64,000 nucleotides of DNA, taken from the NCBI GenBank assembly GCA_039096225.1, contig JBBPEB010000002.1, forward strand, positions 496,001-560,000, in the 5' to 3' direction. Under the pieces are notes generated by a model. It worked only from the letters and a program-made list of their open reading frames with translations. It did no database searches and was not told where the DNA came from. Every line of letters begins with the position of its first letter. Position 1 is the first letter of the stretch. This DNA comes from Blastocystis sp. Blastoise. Its lineage: Eukaryota; Protista; Bigyra: Opalinata. The translations under genes were made by a program, and so were the position numbers. Positions 44,187 through 54,943 of this stretch are shown in pieces.

Positions 44187-44780
44187 TTATAAATTAGTTA
44201 AATCAATAATAGTATCATTACTATTAGTATTCTTCGTAGATTTATCGATGACTTTAATAGAACGAGCATATAAACCAATATAATACTTGTTATTATAACG
44301 ATGAATACCATGTATTGTAAATAATACTTTACATAACGTATTTGGTGGAATATACTTTTCACGTATTTCTTCGTAAGTTAACTTAGGATCTTTACCGATA
44401 TTAATCTTCTTATCTCTTTTATCAGTGATATCAATAGTAACATTCTTCGATGCATTAATAGGTACTTTAATTGTAATCTTATATTTACCATTATCCATAC
44501 GTACAAAATTAACAATATCACCATCAGGACATAATTCACATAATTTACGATAAAGTTCTTTATAAGCAGTTAAGAATACTTGATTATCATCTTCAATTGT
44601 TAATAAAGTCCATTTATCACGTGTAACAATATAACCAAATAAACATGGTGTAGCATCAGTAGAAATACATACACGATGATTATTATTTAAAAGAACAGCA
44701 TTTTCTTTGGTGTCATCCCATTGTAAATTAAAGTTCGAAGTATCAAGAATAGTAGGTTTTTTAAATTCAGTTGTAGACAT
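44187..44780 (-). CDS. Putative OB-fold ssDNA-binding protein
   Basis: 197 aa; PCLFG..helix..ITIKVP..CKVLFTIHGIH..IGLYARSIKV pattern resembles NCLDV/T7 gp2.5-like SSBs. Confidence 0.55.
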   Translation of the reverse strand: MSTTEFKKPTILDTSNFNLQWDDTKENAVLLNNNHRVCISTDATPCLFGYIVTRDKWTLLTIEDDNQVFLTAYKELYRKLCELCPDGDIVNFVRMDNGKYKITIKVPINASKNVTIDITDKRDKKINIGKDPKLTYEEIREKYIPPNTLCKVLFTIHGIHRYNNKYYIGLYARSIKVIDKSTKNTNSNDTIIDLTNL

Positions 44781-44857
44781 TTTTAGTTAAGTATTTAGTA
44801 AAAATATAAGTATTTTAATACTAATATTTTACGATATTCTTTTCAAATGAATCAATT

Positions 44858-44915
44858 TTCGAGAAGGTTTGAGAAGGTTCTAGAAGGTTCTAGAAGGTTC
44901 GAGAAGGTTCTAGAA
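44858..44915. promoter_or_regulatory. Heat-shock-element array upstream of the SSB-like gene
   Basis: 10-bp period TTC(t/g)aGAAgg repeated about six times. Confidence 0.75.
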
Positions 44916-45109
44916 AAAAAAGAACACTTGAATAATCTAATGGAAACATTTTAACGGAATCGAACCATGATACTGTGGTTACATATTTCTTTAATAGATC
45001 CATTAGACCATTCAAGAATTCTATTTGAAACTATTCTATTCTCCATTTAAACTTTGTGTAATTAATTTAAAAAATAAACAAAACAAAATAATTAATTAAA
45101 TAAAAATAA

Positions 45110-45637
45110 TTAATGATCAAATATTTCAGATATAGAAGGAATAGAATATTCGGATAATAATGAAACAATTTCTTTAGAATCATCATGAATCTGTTTCAAA
45201 TCTTGTTTCTGACTTTCAATCTTTGTTTTTAAATGATCAACAGTACAATAAATACCATTTAATATATTATCAGCTGTTTCAATAGTTTGAAATAAAGATT
45301 CGAATTGACTGGATATATTTGTTAACTCCTCATTTGTAAATAATAATGCTTGCTTATCAGGATTTGTATTTACTTGATCTTGAAATTGTATTGGTTGATT
45401 GTTAACCGAATGATATCTATCTGGATTTTTAGATACGTAAACATCATTGATTGGATGAATATCTTGAGGTGGATCTTCAAACATGATTTCGTCACGCGAA
45501 TTAAAACAGAAATCATTATCATTGGGTAAAGCCATAGGATTTGCAGAAACACTATTTTCAAATGGATTCAACAAGGGGGATATCATGGCTTGACCGAAAG
45601 GGGATAAACTGGCGGAAAGATTATCAGGAATTTCCAT
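45110..45637 (-). CDS. Hypothetical protein, C-terminal coiled coil
   Basis: 175-aa ATG ORF; divergent from 45991 across a CCAAT-containing spacer; AACAAAACA downstream. Confidence 0.65.
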   Translation of the reverse strand: MEIPDNLSASLSPFGQAMISPLLNPFENSVSANPMALPNDNDFCFNSRDEIMFEDPPQDIHPINDVYVSKNPDRYHSVNNQPIQFQDQVNTNPDKQALLFTNEELTNISSQFESLFQTIETADNILNGIYCTVDHLKTKIESQKQDLKQIHDDSKEIVSLLSEYSIPSISEIFDH

Positions 45638-45906
45638 GATTATTTAAACCTTCAAAAGTATTTTTATACAATATATTAAATATACTATTTTTAGTGTACA
45701 GTTCTTCATTTCAGTTGCTAACAAAAGCCTATTGCTTCCAGCTGGAAAATAAGCCAATAAAATAACTTATTTCGTATGACACATCGTCGTCATCGTCTAA
45801 TTGTGTTTTACTAATTTTTTTATCCAATCAGATTACAGATGCCGACTATGCTCGTCATTGAAACACAAATACTAAATGCTAAGTCGACAAAATTAGCCAA
45901 TCAAAT

Positions 45907-45924
45907 GAACCTTCTAGAACATTC
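45907..45924. promoter_or_regulatory. Heat-shock element next to CCAAT boxes
   Basis: GAAccTTCtaGAAcaTTC; CCAAT at ~45754, ~45824, ~45897. Confidence 0.65.
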
Positions 45925-45990
45925 CATAGAGATTCTACACTGTCTCCTAGAATATTTAATATTCCATTTAAATGTATTATTTATTTCATT

Positions 45991-46659
45991 TTGATAAATA
46001 CAAATTTTCTCTCTGTAACGATATTCGCGATTATAATGCAATTTAATCTTTCTGCTGATTCCCGTAAATGTCTTCAAACTGTTCGTATGGAACTTCTAAA
46101 GAATTCTAAGAAGGCTGTTGAAGTTCATAAGAATGTTCTTCGTGATATTGATTTACATCAGTCTCAATTGAATAGAGAAAAGAATCTATTGGGTATTGCA
46201 AAATCTAAAGAACGTCTTGCTTCTTTCGAAGTCGAAAACTATAGATCAGCTTTAAAACGTATAAACGCGGTTATTAAAGGTCTTGAAGATTATGAAGAAT
46301 TCGCTGCTGATATTTATACTCAACAACTTAATGAAGAACAAGATATTCAAGATATTATCAATACTGAAGATCTTTTAGAAAGTGATAGAACTACTATTTT
46401 ATGTTCTGAAGATTCTAAAGAACATTCGAACTCTAAAGATGATGATTTTGATATTATGAAATTCCATATGGAAGATGGATTTCTTTATGATGAAAAAGGT
46501 AAAGTTTATTCTTATGAAGTTGTTCATGCTAAGAGTATTAACAAGATTAAAAGAGATCCTTCAAAACAAATGTATTTCTGGGATGGTATTTTATATGATA
46601 AGAATGGATGGCCTCATTCATGTACATATATTAATAGTCAAGAACCAATTGAAATTTAA
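45991..46659 (+). CDS. Hypothetical coiled-coil protein
   Basis: Likely start MQFNLS; duplicated DG.LYD..G motif at the C-terminus. Confidence 0.65.
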   Translation: MINTNFLSVTIFAIIMQFNLSADSRKCLQTVRMELLKNSKKAVEVHKNVLRDIDLHQSQLNREKNLLGIAKSKERLASFEVENYRSALKRINAVIKGLEDYEEFAADIYTQQLNEEQDIQDIINTEDLLESDRTTILCSEDSKEHSNSKDDDFDIMKFHMEDGFLYDEKGKVYSYEVVHAKSINKIKRDPSKQMYFWDGILYDKNGWPHSCTYINSQEPIEI

Positions 46660-46769
46660 TTATTTTTCTTGATTATTTTTCTATTTTTACTTATAAACTT
46701 GTAAAAAATCATTGAAAATTGTTTTGTTTATTGTATATACATTTAAAACACTAAAGTATAAAAAGGATG

Positions 46770-46906
46770 TTCTAGAAGGTTCTAGAAGGTTCTAGAAGGT
46801 TCTAGAACATTTAAAATATAAAGTAATATTTACTATTATAGAATGTTCTAGAAGGTTCTAGAAGGTTCTTGAATGTTCTAGAAGCTTCCAAAACTGACTT
46901 CTAGAA
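46770..46906. promoter_or_regulatory. Two heat-shock-element arrays upstream of the primase-helicase
   Basis: TTCtaGAA x4 at 10-bp period (46770-46807) and GAAtgTTCtaGAAggTTCtaGAAggTTCttGAAtgTTCtaGAAgcTTC (46841-46888). Confidence 0.78.
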
Positions 46907-46974
46907 TCTTTAATATATTATTTGTTTTGAATTTTATACCATATTTATTTTCATTATTTATAAGTCAAATAATC

Positions 46975-49900
46975 ATGGAAAATTCACAAATTCATTTTGT
47001 TTATACTTTTGGTTCCTTTAATCATGATAATTCAAAAGATAATCATAGTGAAATTATTATACCAAATCCATTACCATTTTATAAAAGTCTATTTACTAAT
47101 TATCAAAATCCAAAAGAATTATTACATTATATTGATTGTACTCCTTGTAATACATCAACTAATTATAGAAGATTATGGTTTGATTTAGATTATCACCAAA
47201 TATCAAATGATTTTTCTTTTCTAACAGATTCTTTTATTCATGAATTTATAGAAGAAATGTGTAATCATTGTATTCATTATTATAATCAAGAATTTATTTC
47301 GCTTCTGTATACAAAGAAAGAAGTGAATAAGAAGACAGTTCATAATGAAATACATTATTCATGGGGAATTCATATATATACAAATTGGTTTGTAAATGGT
47401 GATTATTTATTTTTCTTATATAATAGTATGATTCTGAATACAAAATTGGTTGATTTATGTAAAATGAATAATTTAGATATAAAAGAATTCATTGATTATA
47501 ATGTTATTGGTAAACCAAGAAAGAATAATGGTTGTATGTTTCTTGGTTGTAGTAAAGATAATTCTCCATCTACTTATAAATTATATGAAGAATATACCAA
47601 TAAATCATGGAAGAAAATAGAAGGCGAAATCAATGAACATTATTATTTCAAAACATTATTGAATTATAAGAATGAAGATGATATTATAAGTGATATTATT
47701 AATCCTATTATCTTTTATAAATTAAAACAATATTCACGTTATAAACGTTATTATGAAAGATTAAATAATTGTTCACGTACTATATTATGTTCTATACAAG
47801 ATATTAAAGATATTCCTATGTTGATTTCTACAGATACTATATTGGATACTACAGCATCTAAAGAAGCTTTATTAGAACGATATTTATTATTGATTGGTTC
47901 TATTGAAGATATGAATTATTTTGAATCTCATAATACTTGGTATAAATTATGTTGTGCAGCAAAACAGATTTGTAATACAACAAGAGGATTAGAATTATTT
48001 AAAAATTATTCATTACGTTATGGCCATGATCGAAGTGATGATGTAATTGAATCTACATGGAATCATATACAAGTTGATCCTACTCATTTATCGAATAATT
48101 ATATTTTGAAGATATTAATGGAGAATAAATTATTTAATAAAGATGATGATAATGATTTCATATTTATGTCTATTTTAGAATGTATTCAATCCTTTAATCT
48201 TGTAGATTCACAAACATTAGTTATGTTATTTCAATTATTAGAATTTAATGAAATTGTATCTATTATATTAGATAAAGATAATTTTATCTTATATACATTT
48301 GATGAATATAATATCTTAAGACGTTGTAAGAATAATTATGATATTAATTTCTTTGAAACCAAAATAACTACATTTATGAAATCGATTGTAGAGAAATTCA
48401 AATTATCAAGATTATATTCCAAAGAGAATGAACAACATCAAAAAATAGTTGATAAAATAATGTCTGCTTCTGTTACTAATGAATATCATTATAAAGAATG
48501 GTTGAATCGTTATTTGAAGACTTATGGTAAATCTTATAAAGAATATTTAGATACGTATATGGTTCATAAAGAACGTGTTATCTATACACAACTTGGTTAT
48601 TTATATCCAAAAGAATCAACAGAAGAAGATCCTAGACAATATTATATCCAACCATATCATAAAGAAGATATGGTATTTGAAGATTTATTAATTGATACTG
48701 AATTTAATGTAAGTTGGAATATTAATAATGAACAGAAAGATATTATCCAATTATTTGAACAACATTATGCAAGATATTGTGAATTCGATAAGAAATATGA
48801 AAGTATTATGTTACGTATCCTAACCACTGCTTTCTATGTCAATACTCAGAAAACTGTTTCTTATATATTATATGGTAGTACAGGTAGTAATGGTAAAACA
48901 ATAACAACTGATTTAATTTCTCGTATTGTAGGTAGTAATCAATGTATTATAGTAAATCCAGATAATTTAGAAGAAACATCTATAGCTCCTAAGATTGTAG
49001 ATATGTCTAATAAAACAATGTATTATATGAATGAATTAATAGAAGAAGATGTTACTGGTAGAAAGAAAACATTCAATCCATTCTCTTCTAAAGTCTTTAA
49101 AGAAATAGCAGAAAAGAAAGAAGGTGCTAGTGCTCGTAAATTATTCAGTAATATATTTACAAAAGTTCATTTCACGGGTACTTTATTTATGACAAGTAAT
49201 ATCCAACCTACTGCTGTGAATGCTGGTCCTATTGAAAGAAGAGTCTGTTTCTTACCATCATGTTGTCGTTATTTCCCTCCTGGTAATGCTAATTTATATG
49301 AAGATTATGTAGATCATAATTTACCTAAACGTAAACAGACAGTAGAAAAGAGATTGAAACCAAATCATTATGAAATGGATTATACTCTATCCGATAAATT
49401 CTATCAGAATCGTTCAATTATCTTTAGTTATCTAGTAAGTAATTATTTCTATTCTAGTATGCAATTAGATATGCATGAATTAGATAATGAATATCATATA
49501 AGTGAATGTAAGAAACGATTCTTTGATCGTAGTACAGAAGGATATGATTTGAAATCTTTTGTTGATAACCATATTACTATAGATCCTTATTATTTGAATG
49601 TAGTTACTATTGAAGATATTTTTAATAGTTATAAGAAAGTGAATAATAATAATCAATTTACGATTAAGAAGGATTTAGATAAATTTACAAATGCTTTATT
49701 TGGTTGTTTAAGTAGTAAAGATACATTCAATTCTATAGATATTGTGAATATTCATAGAAAACATACTTCAAATTTCTATAAGGGAGGGAATGCTATTGGT
49801 ATTTGTGGTTTAATGATTGATAATACTTATAATGAATGTGTAGATACAGATTTATTCTGTTTATCCAATTGTTTATCTAAGAAAGAAGAAATTGTTTATA

Positions 49901-49977
49901 GTGAAGATCAATATCATAATACGTCATCAACAAAACGAATTTTAATAGATAATACTTTATATGCTATACCAAATTAA
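46975..49977 (+). CDS. D5-like primase-helicase (AEP + PriCT-like + SF3 helicase)
   Basis: LWFDLD and GIHIY primase motifs, HNTWYKL..STWN linker, YGSTGSNGKT, YMNE, FMTSN, IERR. Confidence 0.9.
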   Translation: MENSQIHFVYTFGSFNHDNSKDNHSEIIIPNPLPFYKSLFTNYQNPKELLHYIDCTPCNTSTNYRRLWFDLDYHQISNDFSFLTDSFIHEFIEEMCNHCIHYYNQEFISLLYTKKEVNKKTVHNEIHYSWGIHIYTNWFVNGDYLFFLYNSMILNTKLVDLCKMNNLDIKEFIDYNVIGKPRKNNGCMFLGCSKDNSPSTYKLYEEYTNKSWKKIEGEINEHYYFKTLLNYKNEDDIISDIINPIIFYKLKQYSRYKRYYERLNNCSRTILCSIQDIKDIPMLISTDTILDTTASKEALLERYLLLIGSIEDMNYFESHNTWYKLCCAAKQICNTTRGLELFKNYSLRYGHDRSDDVIESTWNHIQVDPTHLSNNYILKILMENKLFNKDDDNDFIFMSILECIQSFNLVDSQTLVMLFQLLEFNEIVSIILDKDNFILYTFDEYNILRRCKNNYDINFFETKITTFMKSIVEKFKLSRLYSKENEQHQKIVDKIMSASVTNEYHYKEWLNRYLKTYGKSYKEYLDTYMVHKERVIYTQLGYLYPKESTEEDPRQYYIQPYHKEDMVFEDLLIDTEFNVSWNINNEQKDIIQLFEQHYARYCEFDKKYESIMLRILTTAFYVNTQKTVSYILYGSTGSNGKTITTDLISRIVGSNQCIIVNPDNLEETSIAPKIVDMSNKTMYYMNELIEEDVTGRKKTFNPFSSKVFKEIAEKKEGASARKLFSNIFTKVHFTGTLFMTSNIQPTAVNAGPIERRVCFLPSCCRYFPPGNANLYEDYVDHNLPKRKQTVEKRLKPNHYEMDYTLSDKFYQNRSIIFSYLVSNYFYSSMQLDMHELDNEYHISECKKRFFDRSTEGYDLKSFVDNHITIDPYYLNVVTIEDIFNSYKKVNNNNQFTIKKDLDKFTNALFGCLSSKDTFNSIDIVNIHRKHTSNFYKGGNAIGICGLMIDNTYNECVDTDLFCLSNCLSKKEEIVYSEDQYHNTSSTKRILIDNTLYAIPN

Positions 49978-50022
49978 ATAATAATATTTTTTTTATTATA
50001 AAAAGTTGTTTTGTTTAAAAAA

Positions 50023-51819
50023 TTAATAAAATTTAAATTGAATTCCATGAAAATGTTTTTTAGGGACTTTGACTTTAAAGAATGCATTACCTTTATGTTT
50101 TTTCAATAAACCATGACCCCGATGAATAGGGTCTAAAGGAGGCATAGTAGAAAGACTACGTAATGCATAAGTATCTGAATTATTCATAACTATAGGTGTA
50201 GAGTTTTCATCTTGGGTATTCTGTTGCATAAGAGATGCTTGAGTATTCGTTAATTCTGAATCTGTTGTATTATTATGTAAATGATCAGGTAATAATTGTT
50301 TATTACGTATAAAACGATTATAACGATCTCTAGAATTCTCTGGGACTTCTTCAGATTCTAATGAACATCCTACAGGTAATTCATTTTCTAAATCTGTTTT
50401 ATCTGGATAATGATGCTTTAATAGATCTTTATAATATCTTAATGTAATCATTATAGTATCATTATCTGATGAATATTGTTCTAATGTAGATAATATCGAT
50501 TCTGATTTCATATTGAAATTCTCTTTACCAAATACATCTTCATAGTCTTCTTCATATTGTTCTATACGATCATTAAATCGTTTACATAAAAATAATAATT
50601 TATTCAATTGATTAATTTCTCTTGTATAAGTAATATTATTCATATCAATATGAAATGTTCTTGTTTTATTATCTAAATCTTGCAATTTAGTTGAATGAGA
50701 AGATAAATAAGGAGATATATAATTTTCCATATGTGTTGATTGACTATGTAACATCTTCATAATCGAATTTTCAAAGAGTTCTACACCTTTAGATTCGTGT
50801 TCTGAATCATTATGTTGGAATTGTGTTTCTCTTGATAATCTATAATAATATTGAGCAAATAAATGTCTTATAATATCACAACCATTAATTAAAGAATTAT
50901 TCTGTTGTGTTTTATAAATCCATCCTAAATGAGGTTTTATATATTCATCACCAAATTTCAAATCACGTACTTTACCACCATTCTCAGTAACAAATAAATA
51001 ATGTCTTGGAAATAAACGTAAGGATCTAGCTAAGACATTTAGATATTCTTCTGATAAATACTGATAAGTAGGATATTCATTCTTACCAATTTCAAATCGA
51101 TTCTTTGTATCATTCACATGAATAGTCAAAGTATTTAAATCAATATAATTGGTTGTTCTTCTTAACGATAAAGGAATTTGTTGACCACGAGTATAGATTA
51201 CACAATCATTATAATCATTACGAGCACATAATGTATCATAAGTTAAAACTAATAAATAACTATTCACATAATATAAATCATTAGGATTCTCTAAATAATT
51301 CTTTTTGGTGATATTAATGATTTCTCCCCAATCAGCTTCACAATTAATAATTTTCTGAGTGATTTCATAATGTCTTGAATAAGTAGCATCAATTTGTAAA
51401 GAACCCCATAAATGTTCCCATTTCTTTATATTTTGTGGAGTAAATGCTTTATAATTAATGATATCTTCATCATCTGTACAAATAGATATATTCTTCATTA
51501 TATAAGTAATCATTTGCATATAATTAGCTACTGTAGTATTGGATAATCCACCTTGTTGTCCAGGAGCTTCTGTTTGTGTATGTTGCATAACATTTTGAAA
51601 TTGAAATGGATCTGTTAAGACTTCTACACAAAAGAATGGTTCTTCCATATCATCTATTTGAATTCGTTCTTCATTACGAAATTTCTTACATATTGTTTTG
51701 ATCCATTTCTTCCAATTTATACTTGTTGATAATTGTATTTTCTTCCAATGTAATAATTGATCTATACAATTTGTAAAGAATTCTTCACAATCTTTATCTG
51801 AATAACCTGTTGATTGCAT
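50023..51819 (-). CDS. Tyrosine recombinase B
   Basis: CARNDY, NDTKN, DIIRH, MLHSQSTHMENY. Confidence 0.8.
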   Translation of the reverse strand: MQSTGYSDKDCEEFFTNCIDQLLHWKKIQLSTSINWKKWIKTICKKFRNEERIQIDDMEEPFFCVEVLTDPFQFQNVMQHTQTEAPGQQGGLSNTTVANYMQMITYIMKNISICTDDEDIINYKAFTPQNIKKWEHLWGSLQIDATYSRHYEITQKIINCEADWGEIINITKKNYLENPNDLYYVNSYLLVLTYDTLCARNDYNDCVIYTRGQQIPLSLRRTTNYIDLNTLTIHVNDTKNRFEIGKNEYPTYQYLSEEYLNVLARSLRLFPRHYLFVTENGGKVRDLKFGDEYIKPHLGWIYKTQQNNSLINGCDIIRHLFAQYYYRLSRETQFQHNDSEHESKGVELFENSIMKMLHSQSTHMENYISPYLSSHSTKLQDLDNKTRTFHIDMNNITYTREINQLNKLLFLCKRFNDRIEQYEEDYEDVFGKENFNMKSESILSTLEQYSSDNDTIMITLRYYKDLLKHHYPDKTDLENELPVGCSLESEEVPENSRDRYNRFIRNKQLLPDHLHNNTTDSELTNTQASLMQQNTQDENSTPIVMNNSDTYALRSLSTMPPLDPIHRGHGLLKKHKGNAFFKVKVPKKHFHGIQFKFY

Positions 51820-51886
51820 TATTAAAAATTAAATTATTTATAAACAAAACAAATTTATTATTAATATTTTATAACATTTCATAGAA

Positions 51887-52309
51887 TTATAAATGAAGAG
51901 ATTGAACAATAGAATCAACACTTATATTTAATTTCATTAATTGAACAGCTAATTCTTGTATTGATTCATTTTGATTAGAATCAATTTCTTCTAATTCATT
52001 CAAGACTTCTGATATATGTTTGACTTCTTCTTCTATAATAGTTTGTTGTATTTTCATTGTCTTATAATAGACTTTCTTTGTTTGTGGATTACAACAATTA
52101 CAATGAATATCTATATTTTTAACAATTAATTGAAAGAATTCAGTTGATTTCTCAAATAAACATTTTATAGCTTTTATAATAAATTCTAATAAAGTATTTT
52201 TCTTTTCTATTTCTTCTTCGGATAATGTGGTTGTTGTTGAACTATCTGAACTTGTTGAACTTGTACTTGATAAAGAATGTAAGGATTCAGATACAGATTT
52301 AGGCTCCAT
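51887..52309 (-). CDS. Hypothetical protein
   Basis: 140 aa, Ser/Thr-rich N-terminus, HCNCC, coiled-coil tail; no counterpart seen in element 1. Confidence 0.65.
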   Translation of the reverse strand: MEPKSVSESLHSLSSTSSTSSDSSTTTTLSEEEIEKKNTLLEFIIKAIKCLFEKSTEFFQLIVKNIDIHCNCCNPQTKKVYYKTMKIQQTIIEEEVKHISEVLNELEEIDSNQNESIQELAVQLMKLNISVDSIVQSLHL

Positions 52310-52377
52310 TTTTTAATAATTTTTAAATGAATAATATAACAAAACATTTTTAATTTAAATGAAATGAATTAAAATAT

Positions 52378-54861
52378 TTATATATAAGAGATAGTTAATA
52401 AAACAACACAAGGATAATCACAAGTAATAAAGAACATATTATCATGAGGTAATAACTTTAATAATTTACGATTACAATAATAAACATTCTTATTGATCTT
52501 ATTTGATATACCTTCATATTTAATACCATTAGAATAGTAATAAGGTAGATTTGTAGTATCAATAACATGAATATTATTCTCATATTCATTAGTAAAACAT
52601 CTTAATGAAATAGGATATAAGTAATCAGTGGATTGACCATACACTGATATAATTTGTATATTCGTTAAGTATTGATATCCATAGACATTGGTTTTCTTCA
52701 ATTCATAAATTAAATTCTTACTCGTACTAAAATCACAATATACTTCATCATAAGCTTTGAAACGTATATCACTACCATTCGGTTCACATATATTACAAAT
52801 GATATTTCCTTTGAATAATTCATCAAATCTTAAATCTATATGATGATCAATGGTGATTGGAGAATTTATATTACTATATGTAACATATTTATCAGATAAA
52901 GGAAAACTAAATGTAGGATAATAAGATCCATTTATATATCCAGTACATAATTTAGATGCATTTGTTTGGATTGTATCTGTATCATTCTGAATAATAATAT
53001 CTTTTAAGATTTTATTCTGGATATTCAATGTAGGATATTCAGCATAGAATTGTGTGTCTGCTGTTAAACAATTCAAACATAATTTCTTAATGGTTTCACT
53101 AGGTTGAATCGTATCGACTGTATCTGAGAATTCTAAGAATCCTCTTAAAATACAATTATTATTGAAATTCACATATTGTTTATTTTTATCAGTATATCGT
53201 ATAATAATATCTTGAATAGTATTTAAATAAGGAGACACATTAATATTCATAATATCATGAAATTCATTATTGCCTTTATAATTATTCACATTAAATGAAT
53301 ATAAAGAATTCTGACTATTATCTACTATATTCGATTGAGCTATTAACATTCCTTTTGGACGACTACTATCAATATTATGAACACCATAATTAACAATTTC
53401 ATCATGACCTAATTTATTATAACCTAAGATTTCACCTAATTCTTGAGCTTGAGAGAAATCTATATGATGACTATCAGTATAACACTTATAATTACCATCT
53501 AAATCTAATGTATTCAAATCAACAGGTGTATCTGGTAATAATTGTTTACCATAAGATACATGCCAAGCAAAACATCCTTGTTCATCATAAACCAGATCAG
53601 GTCGTATATTATGTAGAGCACCACGATACTTAAATAATGAATGTTCTATATCTGTAGCTGTAAATGTGAATGAAGTAGAATCATTGCCTTTACATGATAA
53701 ATATATTATATATCCATCCTTATTGTCCATAGTTTGAGCATCTTTGGATATATTTAAATAATCAGTATAAATTGTATTATTGATTGAACTTTCTAATAAA
53801 TCATAGAATTCGTCTTCAATATAGTCACCTGGAGGAACAGTGAATGTAGTTTCATGAACACCATCATAACCACTCAATTGTCGAACAATCATTGTATTAT
53901 ATCCATCTTCAACAGTAATTAATGTTTTGATATTAAATATATCATCATGTTTAACTGGATTCTTAATTCTTTGTAAAACAATTTCTGGTTTATTTCCAGT
54001 GTGTATTAGTGTTCCATTACCGTCAAATAAACCAGTAAATAAACTATTTTCCATTTTCAGAATCATATTTATATTTGGAGAAGTTACATTTGGAAAATAA
54101 AAATCATGTTCTTCATTAATTACACATTGAATTGTTCCATCACTACTTTGTGTAGGAATATCATGAATGAACTTACTAAATACACCATTATTTGCATATT
54201 CTTTTAATGAATAAGTCCCTGTTGTTCTAACAGGAATAGGAAAAGAAGTTGTTTTGGGTCGATATAATATTATATTATCATCATCATATTTCATCATCAG
54301 TCGATTTTTGTTATCTAACCATACAGAAGATACCAAACAAACAGCGATCCACCAAAATTCTATATCTGTATAAGTTCCTTTTGGGAAATTAAAACCACGT
54401 CTTGTTTTAGCAATATAAAATTCACAATAAAAATCATCTCTATTAATTGTAATTGTTGGAATTTTCTTAATTTTAACAGTAGAATCGATATCAGGAGATT
54501 CACTTATTAATGGCCTATCACATATATCAAAATGACATAGTTCTAATAATTGTGGAATTGAATAATTTTTCTGATCTAAAGTGATTGTATATACGTTATT
54601 ATTTCCATTAACACGAGTATTTATATATTTGAATATTTGTGTTTTTGTGAATGTATCAAATAGAGGCACACTTTCACTACCAATTAAATTAAGATCAATA
54701 TAAGAAATGATATTTTTAGTGATATCAATAGAATTCGATAAATGTATATTGAATTGATTATCAATACAACGAACATCAATAGGAACTACATGTGTTTTAA
54801 TACGAGTATCCTTCTCTTCTAATGAAGTCTGTTCTTCTTGATTATCTTCATCAAGTTCCAT
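52378..54861 (-). CDS. Long penton/minor-capsid-like protein with repeated insertion domains
   Basis: FPKGTY, VPPGDY, LGEILGY, QSNIVDN, IIIRYTD..VNF resemble Polinton penton motifs; ends conserved with element 1, middle divergent. Confidence 0.55.
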   Translation of the reverse strand: MELDEDNQEEQTSLEEKDTRIKTHVVPIDVRCIDNQFNIHLSNSIDITKNIISYIDLNLIGSESVPLFDTFTKTQIFKYINTRVNGNNNVYTITLDQKNYSIPQLLELCHFDICDRPLISESPDIDSTVKIKKIPTITINRDDFYCEFYIAKTRRGFNFPKGTYTDIEFWWIAVCLVSSVWLDNKNRLMMKYDDDNIILYRPKTTSFPIPVRTTGTYSLKEYANNGVFSKFIHDIPTQSSDGTIQCVINEEHDFYFPNVTSPNINMILKMENSLFTGLFDGNGTLIHTGNKPEIVLQRIKNPVKHDDIFNIKTLITVEDGYNTMIVRQLSGYDGVHETTFTVPPGDYIEDEFYDLLESSINNTIYTDYLNISKDAQTMDNKDGYIIYLSCKGNDSTSFTFTATDIEHSLFKYRGALHNIRPDLVYDEQGCFAWHVSYGKQLLPDTPVDLNTLDLDGNYKCYTDSHHIDFSQAQELGEILGYNKLGHDEIVNYGVHNIDSSRPKGMLIAQSNIVDNSQNSLYSFNVNNYKGNNEFHDIMNINVSPYLNTIQDIIIRYTDKNKQYVNFNNNCILRGFLEFSDTVDTIQPSETIKKLCLNCLTADTQFYAEYPTLNIQNKILKDIIIQNDTDTIQTNASKLCTGYINGSYYPTFSFPLSDKYVTYSNINSPITIDHHIDLRFDELFKGNIICNICEPNGSDIRFKAYDEVYCDFSTSKNLIYELKKTNVYGYQYLTNIQIISVYGQSTDYLYPISLRCFTNEYENNIHVIDTTNLPYYYSNGIKYEGISNKINKNVYYCNRKLLKLLPHDNMFFITCDYPCVVLLTISYI

Positions 54862-54943
54862 ATTTTTAATTAAATTATAATTTATATTTATTTATAAAAA
54901 TTATTTAATTTTATTTATTTATTAATATTTTCTTAATAAAAAA

